Part shown: positions 8,789 to 18,376 of the stretch, piece by piece
How positions within the stretch are numbered: the first letter of the stretch is position 1
Layout: each line of letters opens with the position of its first letter
NCBI GenBank assembly: GCA_963777315.1
Contig: CAVZQC010000002.1
Span: 864,704-928,703 of the forward strand
DNA: 64,000 bases
Reading direction: 5' to 3'
DNA from: Vulcanimicrobiota bacterium
GTDB lineage: Bacteria > Vulcanimicrobiota > Vulcanimicrobiia > Vulcanimicrobiales > Vulcanimicrobiaceae
Made by a program: the position numbers and the translations under genes
The notes under the pieces: model-generated
Seen by the model: only the letters and a program-made list of their open reading frames with translations
What the model was told of the DNA's origin: nothing
Databases searched by the model: none

Positions 8789-9155
8789 CACCCAGCCCAG
8801 GGAACGAATCTGCGATATCCTTCGGTCCGAGCGCCGCTATTTGTCCGCGGCGGAGATCCATAATCTCTTAAAGAGAGCCCGCACCAAAGTCTCGCTTTCG
8901 ACCGTCTACCGCACGCTCGATTTGCTGCACGCCAACGGCGAGGCCAGTTCCCGCGTCGACGAGCGCGGCGAGTCGACGTTTGTGATGTGCGCGCCCACCC
9001 ATCACCATCATGCGATCTGCAGGAGTTGCGGCAAAGTGGAAGAGGTCGCCTGCGAAGCGATGGAGCGGTTCGCGCGCGAGTTGCGCAGCCATCACGGTTT
9101 CGCGCTCGACGATCATGCGATGGAGTTTTTCGGGCGGTGCGCAGCGTGTCGCTGA
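8772..9155 (+). CDS. zur: Fur-family regulator, probably Zur
   Basis: SLSTVYRTL, HHHHAICRSCG, FFGRCAAC; heads a Zn ABC operon. Confidence 0.85.
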   Translation: MRARYSTQPRERICDILRSERRYLSAAEIHNLLKRARTKVSLSTVYRTLDLLHANGEASSRVDERGESTFVMCAPTHHHHAICRSCGKVEEVACEAMERFARELRSHHGFALDDHAMEFFGRCAACR

Positions 9156-10042
9156 AGTGCCTTTGTATTGCGGTAGCGGCGTTGGGGCTTGCAAGCTGCA
9201 GTTCAGCCGCTCCGCAGGCTCGCAGTTCTTCGATGCCTCAGAACGACACAGGCAAAATTCGCGTCGTCACCACGTTTTCCACGCTGAATTCATTCGTGCA
9301 CGGCGTCGGGGGTGAGCGCGTTCAGGTGCGCAACTTGGTGCCGGTCGGCGCGTCCCCGGAAACGTATCAGCCCGCGCCGCAGGATATCGCCGCGCTCAGC
9401 GATGCGCAACTCGTCGTGCAGAACGGCGCGGGCATTGAAGTCTGGCTGCAGCATACGATCGAAAGCGCCGGCAAGCCGGGACTGCCCGTGCTGATGCTCT
9501 CCGACGGTTTGCCGAGAATCGACCACAACCCGCACCTGTGGATGGACCCCGTGCTGGCGCGAGCGTACGTGGCAAAGATGCGCGATCAGCTCGTCGCGAT
9601 GGACCCCTCGCACACAAGCGACTACCGCCGCAACGCCCGCGACTACGACGCCGAGCTAGTTGCCTTGCAACGGTCGATCGCAAAACGCATTGCAACGATT
9701 CCGCCGCAGCGCCGCGCCATGATCATCTTCCACAACGCATTCGACTACTACAACCGGCGTTTCGGCATTCGAACCGTCGGCGTAATCGAGCTCTCGCCCG
9801 GGCAAGATCCGTCGCCCGCGTACATCGCCGCGTTAGTCGACCTGGCGAGAAAAAACCATGTGCGCGCCGTCTTCTCGGAGCCCGAATACAGCCCCAAACT
9901 CGCGCAGACGCTGGCCAAAAGCGCCGGCATCCAGATCGTCTCCGATCTGTACGATGATTCCGTGGGCAACGATCCGCGCGTGCGCAACTATATCGACATG
10001 CTCGATTACGACACGAACGTGATCGTACGGGCGCTCAAATGA
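9146..10042 (+). CDS. znuA: Zn/Mn ABC transporter substrate-binding lipoprotein
   Basis: Lipobox LASC; NPHLWMDP; FHNAFDYY. Confidence 0.88.
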   Translation: MSLKCLCIAVAALGLASCSSAAPQARSSSMPQNDTGKIRVVTTFSTLNSFVHGVGGERVQVRNLVPVGASPETYQPAPQDIAALSDAQLVVQNGAGIEVWLQHTIESAGKPGLPVLMLSDGLPRIDHNPHLWMDPVLARAYVAKMRDQLVAMDPSHTSDYRRNARDYDAELVALQRSIAKRIATIPPQRRAMIIFHNAFDYYNRRFGIRTVGVIELSPGQDPSPAYIAALVDLARKNHVRAVFSEPEYSPKLAQTLAKSAGIQIVSDLYDDSVGNDPRVRNYIDMLDYDTNVIVRALK

Positions 10043-10779
10043 GCGACGCGGTCGACGTCACCGATCTCGTCGTGCGCTATGAAAACGTCGTCGCTTTGGA
10101 CGGCGCCAATCTGCACGTGAATTTCGGCGAAGCGCTCGGTATCGTCGGCCCCAACGGCTCGGGCAAGTCGACCTTGCTCAAAACGATTGCAGGTTTGCTT
10201 GAACCCAGCGCGGGCGACGTCGAGGTGCTGGGAAAGCGTCCCCGAGCGCTGCCGCCCGGGACGATAGCGTACGTGCCGCAAATCGAAGCCGTCGACTGGA
10301 CGTTCCCGGCCAGCGTCTACGACGTCGTGGCGATGGGGCGCTTTCCGCGGCTGGGCATGTTCGGTCGCTTTGCCGCAACCGATCGCGCGGCAGTCAATCG
10401 CGCGCTCGGCCTTCTGAACATGGAAGATCTGGCCAAGCGGCATATCTCCGCGCTCTCGGGAGGGCAGCAGCAGCGCGCGTTCGTAGCGCGCGCGATCGCA
10501 CAGCAGCCCAAACTGCTTTTGCTCGATGAACCAACGACGGGCGTCGACGCGCAAACCGAAGAGGCGCTGCGGCAAGTTGTGCGCGATCTAGTCGGAGGCG
10601 GCATGCCGGTGGTGATGACGACGCACGATCTCGATCGCGCCCCGGAATGGTTCGACCGGTTGCTGGTGCTCGACCGGCGCGTCCTTGCCGTCGGCACGCC
10701 GCACGACGTCCTGGCTTCGGGCGCGTATGCCGCGATCCGCGAGCACACGCACGTTCACGGCCACATGCGCGTCGACTGA
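10039..10779 (+). CDS. znuC: Metal ABC transporter ATP-binding protein
   Basis: GPNGSGKST, LSGGQQQR, LLLDEPT. Confidence 0.9.
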   Translation: MSDAVDVTDLVVRYENVVALDGANLHVNFGEALGIVGPNGSGKSTLLKTIAGLLEPSAGDVEVLGKRPRALPPGTIAYVPQIEAVDWTFPASVYDVVAMGRFPRLGMFGRFAATDRAAVNRALGLLNMEDLAKRHISALSGGQQQRAFVARAIAQQPKLLLLDEPTTGVDAQTEEALRQVVRDLVGGGMPVVMTTHDLDRAPEWFDRLLVLDRRVLAVGTPHDVLASGAYAAIREHTHVHGHMRVD

Positions 10780-11609
10780 TGGAGCGTCTGGTCGAGCCGT
10801 TTCACTACGCGTTCATGCAGCGCGCGTTCGTCGCCGCGTTGTTCGTCGGCGTCCTGTGCTCGTCGATGGGAACGTACGTGGTGCTGCGGCGCCTTTCGTT
10901 CATCGGCGACGGCATCGCGCACGCGTCGTTCGCGGGGATCGTCATTGCGTACCTGCGCAGCGCCGACTATTACCTTGGAGCCGGCATCGTGGCGGTGCTC
11001 ACTGCGCTGGGTATCGGATTCGTCCATCGCCGCGGCCGCGTCGCGCTGGACACCGCCATAGGCGTGTTGTTTACCGGTTCCTTTGCCCTGGGCATTTTTC
11101 TGATGAGCCGCCAGCGCACGTATTCCATCGATCTGCAGAGTTTTCTGTTCGGCGACATACTTTCGGTCAACAGCCGCGACGTGCTGACGATCGTCGCGCT
11201 CGCGCTGCTGGTCGCCGTCGTCACCGCCCTGATGTACCGAGCGCTGCTGTACACGTCGTTCGATCCCATCGTCGCGCAGGCCGGCGGAATCAACGCACCG
11301 CTGGTGGAGTACGTGCTGCTCGTGCTGCTGGCGCTCACGATCGTCATCTCGCTACAAGCCGTCGGGATCGTGCTGGTGGCCGCTTTGCTGGTTACGCCGG
11401 CCGCAGCCGCGTATCAGCTCACGACGCGCTTTACGCGGATGATGGGACTTTCGGCGTTGTTCGGTGCGCTGTGCGCCGTGGGCGGATTATATTTATCGTA
11501 TTACCTGGGCAGTTCGAGCGGCGCGACCATCGTGCTGCTCGCGACGATCATGTTTTTTACGGCCATCGGCGGAAAGCATCTGCGCAGCGCTATTGCGCGA
11601 CGAGCGTAA
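10779..11609 (+). CDS. znuB: Metal ABC transporter permease
   Basis: FIGDGIAHASFAG, LFGDIL; multiple TM helices. Confidence 0.9.
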   Translation: MERLVEPFHYAFMQRAFVAALFVGVLCSSMGTYVVLRRLSFIGDGIAHASFAGIVIAYLRSADYYLGAGIVAVLTALGIGFVHRRGRVALDTAIGVLFTGSFALGIFLMSRQRTYSIDLQSFLFGDILSVNSRDVLTIVALALLVAVVTALMYRALLYTSFDPIVAQAGGINAPLVEYVLLVLLALTIVISLQAVGIVLVAALLVTPAAAAYQLTTRFTRMMGLSALFGALCAVGGLYLSYYLGSSSGATIVLLATIMFFTAIGGKHLRSAIARRA

Positions 11610-12387
11610 ACGGGGCGGTGAAGCGCACGTTCTTTACGCTGATCTGCAGCCACATCCGGTACGTTCCGCGTGGCAGCGCCGGCAGCGGCAACTGCGGGCG
11701 ATCGTATTCTCCCGGGTACCACATGCCCATGGCGGTGCCTTCGTACAAGCCGACGTACTTGAGCGAGCCGGTATTGATGACCGAAGCGACGGTCTTGAAC
11801 GATCGGAATTTCGGCGGCGTGACGAGCCGGCCATTGCGCGTAACGGTTGCCGACAGCGTTACCGGCGTGTTCGCGCGAAAGCGCGCCGTTGAGAGCGCAA
11901 TCTCGTAAGGACCTGCGCCCGAGGTGTTATCGGGTTTGGCCAAAGTCGTATCGATGTGATGCGGCGGCGAGCCGTTTTGCAGCGTGAACCTGAAGGCCTG
12001 TTCGCCGATGCCGCGGCCGACGAATGAGTCGACGAACGCATAATACCGGTGATCGGCGTCCAGCGCCACGCTCACGGTAAAATGCCCGTTGGGCAAAACG
12101 TGCGGGTGAAGGTGCGAAAACGTGCGGAAGTCGTCGCGAACCAAGAGCACGTGCACCGGCGCACCGGCGACCGAAAAATACGACGTAACCGGTTTGCCGT
12201 CGCGCATGGAAAGTTGCACCAGATCCAAGGCGTTGTCGCCCACGCGCTGCAACTTGGAAACGATGCGCGCACGCAAGCCGTAAGCGGCGAACGTGCCCGT
12301 CTGCTCGCGTACCGCAGCAGTCGCGGCGAGCGCATACAGCGGTGCGAGCGCCAGTGCGATTACTGCGAGGATCGAACGACTCGCCAT
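11590..12387 (-). CDS. Secreted hypothetical protein, possible metal-binding (HLHPH)
   Basis: Signal peptide; HVLLVRDDFRTFSHLHPH; GTYRMWLQ Ig-like end. Confidence 0.65.
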   Translation of the reverse strand: MASRSILAVIALALAPLYALAATAAVREQTGTFAAYGLRARIVSKLQRVGDNALDLVQLSMRDGKPVTSYFSVAGAPVHVLLVRDDFRTFSHLHPHVLPNGHFTVSVALDADHRYYAFVDSFVGRGIGEQAFRFTLQNGSPPHHIDTTLAKPDNTSGAGPYEIALSTARFRANTPVTLSATVTRNGRLVTPPKFRSFKTVASVINTGSLKYVGLYEGTAMGMWYPGEYDRPQLPLPALPRGTYRMWLQISVKNVRFTAPFTLVAQ

Positions 12388-13505
12388 GTTTCCTCTCCGG
12401 TCTGTTGCAAAAAGCCGCCGCTCGCAAGCGCATCGAGCGCTTCGGCCAAGGCGGCTCGTTCATTCTTGTTCGGCATTCCTGCCCACTGCATCGCCGCATC
12501 GCTCAAATGGACGTCGTTCCCGGGATGCAGCAGATCGGCCAGAAATGCGGACGGCAGTTTCACGCGCTCCATCCGGCGCGCCACCGGCTGCAGCGCGCGT
12601 TCGAAGTCGCTTTCCACGGACGGCGGCGACGGCGCCGGCCCAGGCTGCGGCTGCGGAACCGGCTGAGGCTGCGGAACCGGCTGAGGCTGCGGAACCGGCT
12701 GTGCAGCCGGCTGTCTTTGGAGTGCAACGCTGTTCGTCACCGAAGGCGGACGCTTTGCCAGTGCGGCATCCGCCATGCGCGGGAACCATTCGCCCAGCAT
12801 GGCGCCCAGCGCGTGCAGCGGAACCGCGTTCAAGCGCGCGGGCCGCGTTTCGATCGCGCGCACGATGCGTTTGGCAACGTGCTGCGCGCTCACGGGAATC
12901 CACGAAGGCCCGTACGATGCGATTCCCGATGAGGTTGCGAAATTAGTGCGGACCGAACCGGGATCGATGAAGGTTACGGCAATGCCGGTGCCGCGCAATT
13001 CGCGCCGAAGCTGCACTGCCGCGGCGCGCACCGCGGCTTTGGCAGCGCAATACGCGCCGTAGTACGGCGACGGCACTCGCGAAAGGCCCGAACCCACGAG
13101 CATCACCTGTCCGCCGCTGCTGCGCAGCATGGGCAATGCGGCGCGCGTAATGCGCAGCGGCGCCGCTACGTGCACCTGCCACTGTGCGTCGATCTCCGCG
13201 TCGCTTTGCTCGAGCAGCGCGCCGGCGGTAGCGTACCCTGCGTTGTTGATCAGCACGTCGAGTCTTCCAAAATGCGATTGCGCCGCAGTCACGATCCTCG
13301 CCGGCGCATCCGCCGCAGTGACGTCGAGCGCAAGCTGCTGGCAGACTGCGCCGGATGCGGTGATTTCGGCCGTCAGTTCGCCGAGCGGTTCCGGGTGTTT
13401 GGAAACTGCCAAAACCGCATAGCCTTTTTGCGCGCACTGCAGCGCGATCTGTTTTCCTATTCCCGAACCTGCGCCGGTGACGACGACGACTTTGCGATCA
13501 GGCAT
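12360..13505 (-). CDS. SDR oxidoreductase with Pro/Gln linker and extra C-terminal domain
   Basis: VVTGAGSGIG, NNAG, YCAAK motifs. Confidence 0.88.
   Translation of the reverse strand: MPDRKVVVVTGAGSGIGKQIALQCAQKGYAVLAVSKHPEPLGELTAEITASGAVCQQLALDVTAADAPARIVTAAQSHFGRLDVLINNAGYATAGALLEQSDAEIDAQWQVHVAAPLRITRAALPMLRSSGGQVMLVGSGLSRVPSPYYGAYCAAKAAVRAAAVQLRRELRGTGIAVTFIDPGSVRTNFATSSGIASYGPSWIPVSAQHVAKRIVRAIETRPARLNAVPLHALGAMLGEWFPRMADAALAKRPPSVTNSVALQRQPAAQPVPQPQPVPQPQPVPQPQPGPAPSPPSVESDFERALQPVARRMERVKLPSAFLADLLHPGNDVHLSDAAMQWAGMPNKNERAALAEALDALASGGFLQQTGEETWRVVRSSQ
12649..12702. repeat. 18-bp tandem repeat x3 encoding (QPVPQP)n
   Basis: GGCTGCGGAACCGGCTGA x3 (last copy ends T). Confidence 0.85.
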
Positions 13506-14745
13506 GAACGTTCGGCACGCCGGCCAGATACCGCTGGAAGAGTGACGCGTGGTACGCCTTGTCCATGTTGCCGTACCACTCTTGCTCGGCCACGATTGGC
13601 GCGGGAAGCGGCGCAACGGTGCGGCTTTCTTGCGCAAAGCGTTTGAGCGTGTCGGCGAGCGGCTTGAATGAACCGTTGCTGCGCACGATTCCGAACGTCA
13701 TCTCGTGTTTGGCGCGATCGAAGGGCGGCGTATCGGCCAGTGCCTTGACGTAGTCCGCCCAGTTCCACCAAAAGGCGCCCAGCGCGCCGCGCTGCTGCAG
13801 TCGGTCGAGGACCTCACGGCAATACGTCGCCATCTCGTCTTCGGTCAGGCAGGCATACGGGGCGGCATTGGGCGGCAGTTTCGAGGTGTCCGCGACCGGA
13901 TCGCCCGGCAAAGGCTCTCTGTCGTACGGTGAAACGGTGTTCGGCGGACACGTGGGATTGCCGAACTCGTTGAACAACACCGGTTTGCCGGACATCGACT
14001 GCCAGAGCTGACACAGAAACGGCACGACTTCCGGGTCGGTTCGGCTTCGAGCGAAATCGCTATACACGGAATATCCGTGCATCACCGCGCACGCGAATGG
14101 TTTGCAGAACGAGGACGGGCGTATGCCGCGATCGTCGGTCATGTCTTCACTGTGGTTTCCGGCCGTGCACGCAATGCCCGATACCTCGAGCAGATCCTCG
14201 GTCAGCCGTTGCGACCAGCCGGACGCTTCTTGCGGTGAATCGGCGCTGCGCACGTTGCTGAATTCATTGCCCAAATCCCACATGTACAAGCCGGCGTGTC
14301 CGCGCGCGCGTTCGCCCACGGCTCGCACGTGCAGACTGCACGCATCCAGCAGCGGACCCGAATAAAAATCGCCCGCGCCCCAAGGATATTCGCGCAAACC
14401 GCGCCCGAACGTTCGAAAGCGCCCGTGCGGACGCGCTTGGTCGAGCGCCCATTCCGGCACGTAGTTCACGCCGCTCATGTGCCCGGTGAAAAATGCCGGC
14501 ATGGCCTGCAGGCCCGCGTCCGCAACCGCATCCATGAATGCGTCAAAATGCCGCAGCATGGTTTGGTCCATCTCGCCGGCCTGCGGCTGAAAATCGTCCC
14601 ACATGATGAAAAAGCGAACGACGGAAAGTCCCAAAGACCGAATGCGAGCCAGATCCTCGCGAATTTCACCCGCATCGAAGCGCTCCCACATGTACATTGC
14701 GCTGCGGGCGGGCCAGTAATTTATTCCGAGCAAAAACGAAGCCAT
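13498..14745 (-). CDS. Clan GH-A glycoside hydrolase (GH5/GH2-like)
   Basis: LGINYWP, WDLGNEF acid/base, PVLFNEFG nucleophile. Confidence 0.8.
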   Translation of the reverse strand: MASFLLGINYWPARSAMYMWERFDAGEIREDLARIRSLGLSVVRFFIMWDDFQPQAGEMDQTMLRHFDAFMDAVADAGLQAMPAFFTGHMSGVNYVPEWALDQARPHGRFRTFGRGLREYPWGAGDFYSGPLLDACSLHVRAVGERARGHAGLYMWDLGNEFSNVRSADSPQEASGWSQRLTEDLLEVSGIACTAGNHSEDMTDDRGIRPSSFCKPFACAVMHGYSVYSDFARSRTDPEVVPFLCQLWQSMSGKPVLFNEFGNPTCPPNTVSPYDREPLPGDPVADTSKLPPNAAPYACLTEDEMATYCREVLDRLQQRGALGAFWWNWADYVKALADTPPFDRAKHEMTFGIVRSNGSFKPLADTLKRFAQESRTVAPLPAPIVAEQEWYGNMDKAYHASLFQRYLAGVPNVHA

Positions 14746-14825
14746 GCCGCAACATTTCCCCTCCGGGCGCGTCTTCATGCTACGCGCACAGGCCTGCCGC
14801 GCGCGGGCCGTGAAGCAACGCCGCA

Positions 14826-15311
14826 ATGGCAGGCTCGAACGCACCCTTGGTCGGCATCATCATGGGCAGCGTTTCGGATATGGAAACGATGGCCGGTGCG
14901 CGCGACGTGCTCCAAGAACTGGGCATTGCCTTTGAGATGCGCGTGATTTCCGCGCATCGAACGCCCGAAGCGATGTTCCAATACGCGCGCGAGGCCGCGG
15001 GCAGAGGCTTGCAGGCGATTATCGCCGGGGCCGGCGGCGCGGCGCATCTTCCGGGGATGACGGCGTCGTACACGCTCCTGCCGGTCATCGGCGTACCGGT
15101 GCAGACTGCAGCGCTGGGCGGATTGGATTCCCTGCTGTCGATCGTGCAGATGCCCCGCGGCATCCCGGTTGCCACCGTCGCGATCGGAAACGCGGCCAAC
15201 GCCGCGCTGCTGGCCGCGCGCATCCTGGCGCTGCACGACAAGGATGTCGAATCGAAGTTGTCCCGGTACGCGCAGCGTCTGCACGATGCCGTGACGTCCG
15301 CGCAACTGTAA
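14826..15311 (+). CDS. purE: N5-CAIR mutase
   Basis: [36 protein letters not shown]. Confidence 0.97.
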   Translation: MAGSNAPLVGIIMGSVSDMETMAGARDVLQELGIAFEMRVISAHRTPEAMFQYAREAAGRGLQAIIAGAGGAAHLPGMTASYTLLPVIGVPVQTAALGGLDSLLSIVQMPRGIPVATVAIGNAANAALLAARILALHDKDVESKLSRYAQRLHDAVTSAQL

Positions 15312-15314
15312 CCT

Positions 15315-16463
15315 GTGGTTCAAACGATCGGCGTCATCGGCGGGGGACAGCTCGGCCGCATGTTCACCTTGGACGCCAAGCGCATGGGCTACGACGTTAT
15401 CGTGCTGGACGCGCAGCCCCACTCGCCGTGCGGCCAAATCGCCGACGACCAAATCGTAGCGGAATACGACGACATGCAAGCCATCGAAGAGCTGGGCCGG
15501 CGGACCGACGTGGTGACGTACGAATTCGAAAACATCGCCATCGAATCGGTTCGGCATCTGGAAAAGCGCGGATATGTCGTGGCGCCTGCAAGCAACGTGC
15601 TTCGCGTAACTCAGAACCGTTTGCTGGAGAAGCGCTTCGCTGCGGAGTGCGGCATCGCGGCAGCGCCGTTTGAATCAGTGACCGGCACGGACGATCTGCA
15701 GCGCGCACAAGACGCCATCGGCTTTCCGGCGGTCCTCAAAACGGTGTCCGGCGGCTACGACGGCAAAGGACAGTGGCGCGCGCAAAAGCCCGAAGAGGCG
15801 AAAGCCGCGCTCGCGCAGGCGAACGGCGCGCAGCTGATTTACGAGCAGTTCGTGCCCTTCACGTGCGAAATCAGCGTGGTCTGCACGCGCGACGCCGGCG
15901 GCGAGGTCGTCCGTTTTCCGGCCACGGAAAACGTGCACGATCGCGGGATACTGGCAATGTCGATCGCGCCGGCGCGCGTGCCGCCGCAGGTTGCAGAGGC
16001 GGCACAGACTGCTGCGGCGCGCATTGGACGTGAACTGCAGATTGTGGGAACGTTTTGCGTTGAATTCTTCGTAACGCAAGACCAGAACGTGCTGTTCAAC
16101 GAGATCGCCCCGCGCCCGCACAATAGCGGGCACTACACCATCGATGCCACGCCGTGCTCGCAGTACGAACAGCACGTGCGGGCCATTTGCGGTCTGCCGC
16201 TTTCGCCCCCGCAGCTGCTTCGCAACGCCGTTATGGTCAATATTCTCGGGACGGGAACCGGCAACTATTTACACGGCACCGAAGATCTGTTGCGCGATCC
16301 GTCGATCGTGCTGCACATGTACGGTAAACGGCACGCCGTGAACCGGCGAAAGATGGGCCACTTCACCATGCTCGTCGACGGCCCCGTGACGCAGGACGTT
16401 ATTGAGCGAGCTCGCCGCGCGCACTCGTTGCTGCATTGGGGCGATGCGCCTGCTCGTCGTTGA
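15315..16463 (+). CDS. purK: N5-CAIR synthetase
   Basis: GGGQLGRM, GGYDGKGQ, NEIAPRPHNSGH, RKMGH. Confidence 0.96.
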   Translation: MVQTIGVIGGGQLGRMFTLDAKRMGYDVIVLDAQPHSPCGQIADDQIVAEYDDMQAIEELGRRTDVVTYEFENIAIESVRHLEKRGYVVAPASNVLRVTQNRLLEKRFAAECGIAAAPFESVTGTDDLQRAQDAIGFPAVLKTVSGGYDGKGQWRAQKPEEAKAALAQANGAQLIYEQFVPFTCEISVVCTRDAGGEVVRFPATENVHDRGILAMSIAPARVPPQVAEAAQTAAARIGRELQIVGTFCVEFFVTQDQNVLFNEIAPRPHNSGHYTIDATPCSQYEQHVRAICGLPLSPPQLLRNAVMVNILGTGTGNYLHGTEDLLRDPSIVLHMYGKRHAVNRRKMGHFTMLVDGPVTQDVIERARRAHSLLHWGDAPARR

Positions 16464-17118
16464 GGACGACGCACGGTTGTGCGACGTTTTACGGCGCGGT
16501 CTGAGCGAATCCGGGCACGTCGTCGACGTTGCGCGCGACGGCGAAGAGGGCGAATCCTGGGCGCTCGATAGGCACTACGATGCGGTAGTTTTGGACGTGA
16601 ACTTGCCCAAACTCGACGGTTTGAGCGTCGTGCGCTCGCTGCGCGCCAAGCGGGTGAGCACTCCGGTCCTCATCCTCACCTCGCGCGACACCGCGCAAGA
16701 CGCCATCGAGGGCTTGGATGCTGGCGCGAACGATTATCTGCGCAAACCGTTCGTCTTCGGCGAGCTGGAAGCGCGCCTGCGAAGCATCGTTCGCCGCGAA
16801 ACGGCCGAGTCGCTGGACGCGCAGCTGCACTGCGGCGACCTGACCTTCGATTTACGCTTGCGGCAAGCGCGCCGAGGCGGTCGCACGATCGAACTGACCG
16901 CGCGGGAAGGCGCATTTCTGGAGTATTTCATGCGCAACGCAGGGCAGCTGATCACGCGGCGCATGATCGAAGACGCTTTGTTCGACCGCGAGAGCGAAAC
17001 GACCTCAAACGTCGTCGACGTGTACGTTAGCCGGCTTCGGTCCAAGCTGACCGCGCGCAATCAAGCGCAGTTGCTGCACACCGTGCGCGGCGCCGGATAT
17101 CGGTTCGGTTCGCCATGA
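16444..17118 (+). CDS. OmpR-family response regulator
   Basis: LLVVEDD, DVNLP, KPF, TVRGAGY. Confidence 0.92.
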   Translation: MRLLVVEDDARLCDVLRRGLSESGHVVDVARDGEEGESWALDRHYDAVVLDVNLPKLDGLSVVRSLRAKRVSTPVLILTSRDTAQDAIEGLDAGANDYLRKPFVFGELEARLRSIVRRETAESLDAQLHCGDLTFDLRLRQARRGGRTIELTAREGAFLEYFMRNAGQLITRRMIEDALFDRESETTSNVVDVYVSRLRSKLTARNQAQLLHTVRGAGYRFGSP

Positions 17119-18329
17119 GCCTGCGCTCGCGGCTGGCCGCGACGTACGCCGCCGTCATCCTGCTCGCGCTGTTGATCTTTGCCGCGGCGGCAATCGTTGC
17201 GATCGATCGCACCTTGCGCGCCACGATGGACTCGCGTTTGAATACCCAAGCGCTCGCCGTCGCCTCACTCATCGACGTGGAGCACGGCACGATTGCGGCG
17301 GACAAAGACGATCGCAAGCAATTCTTGAGTTTGATTGCCACCGGCGACGACGGAATGGTGCTCGATTCATCCGGAGCGGTGAAGCTGTCCAGTGCGGCGC
17401 AGCCGCCCGCGCCGTTGTTCGGATTGGCGAACGCGCGTGCCGGGTACTACACCGCCGGAAAGGGCGAGGCTGCAGTTCGCGCCGTCGCCGTTCCGGTCGT
17501 GCACGAGGGCGCGCGCATCGGCACGGTCGTGATGTGGCGTGCAATCGATTGGATCGGTGAAACCGATCGCGGCGCGGGCCTTGCATTTGCTCTCGCTGCG
17601 CTGGTCATTGCGGCGCTGGCCGTCATCGCCGGCGGCGCGGTAACGCGCAGAGCGCTCGAAGACGCATTCGTGCGCCAGCGGCGCTTCACCGCCGACGCCT
17701 CTCACGAATTGCGCGCTCCATTGGCCGTCATTCGCGCGGAAGCCGACCTTGCACTGCGCAAAGATCGCACGGCCGCGCAGTACCGCGGCGCGATGGATGC
17801 AATTGCAGCCGAAGCCGATCACATGGAGGATCTGATCGGTAACCTGCTTTCGGCCGCGCGGGCGGAAGGCGCGGGCACGGCGCGCGAGCGCGTCGACGTA
17901 ACGCAGATCGTGCGTCGCGTAGCAGAGCGACTGTCATCTGCGGCGCGCGCCAAAGACGCGGCGGTTCGACTCGACGCCGAACATCCCGCCGTCATCGTGG
18001 CCGATGAGCAAACGCTCGAACGCGCGATTCTGGCCATCGCGCACAATGCATTGCAGCATGCACCGGCACACGGAGCGGTGGCGCTGAGCGTTCACGCAGG
18101 TCCGCGCAGCGTAGAGATCGTCGTCGGCGACAACGGCCCGGGCTTTACAGCCCAGGCCCTCGAGCACGCGTTGGAACGATTCTGGCGGGATGCCGGGCAT
18201 GCGAAGGGCGGCAGCGGTCTGGGGCTGGCGATTGCCAAAGCCAGCGTTGAAGCTTGCGGCGGAACGATCGCGCTGGCTAACCCCGCGGACGGCGGGGCTC
18301 AAGTGCGGCTGGCGTTTCCAGCAGCGTAG
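17115..18329 (+). CDS. Sensor histidine kinase
   Basis: FTADASHELRAP H-box; DNGPG, GSGLGL. Confidence 0.92.
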   Translation: MSLRSRLAATYAAVILLALLIFAAAAIVAIDRTLRATMDSRLNTQALAVASLIDVEHGTIAADKDDRKQFLSLIATGDDGMVLDSSGAVKLSSAAQPPAPLFGLANARAGYYTAGKGEAAVRAVAVPVVHEGARIGTVVMWRAIDWIGETDRGAGLAFALAALVIAALAVIAGGAVTRRALEDAFVRQRRFTADASHELRAPLAVIRAEADLALRKDRTAAQYRGAMDAIAAEADHMEDLIGNLLSAARAEGAGTARERVDVTQIVRRVAERLSSAARAKDAAVRLDAEHPAVIVADEQTLERAILAIAHNALQHAPAHGAVALSVHAGPRSVEIVVGDNGPGFTAQALEHALERFWRDAGHAKGGSGLGLAIAKASVEACGGTIALANPADGGAQVRLAFPAA

Positions 18330-18376
18330 TTTTGCGGCGTTAAGATTCCCGTCATGATCGGGCGCTAGCATGGCGC

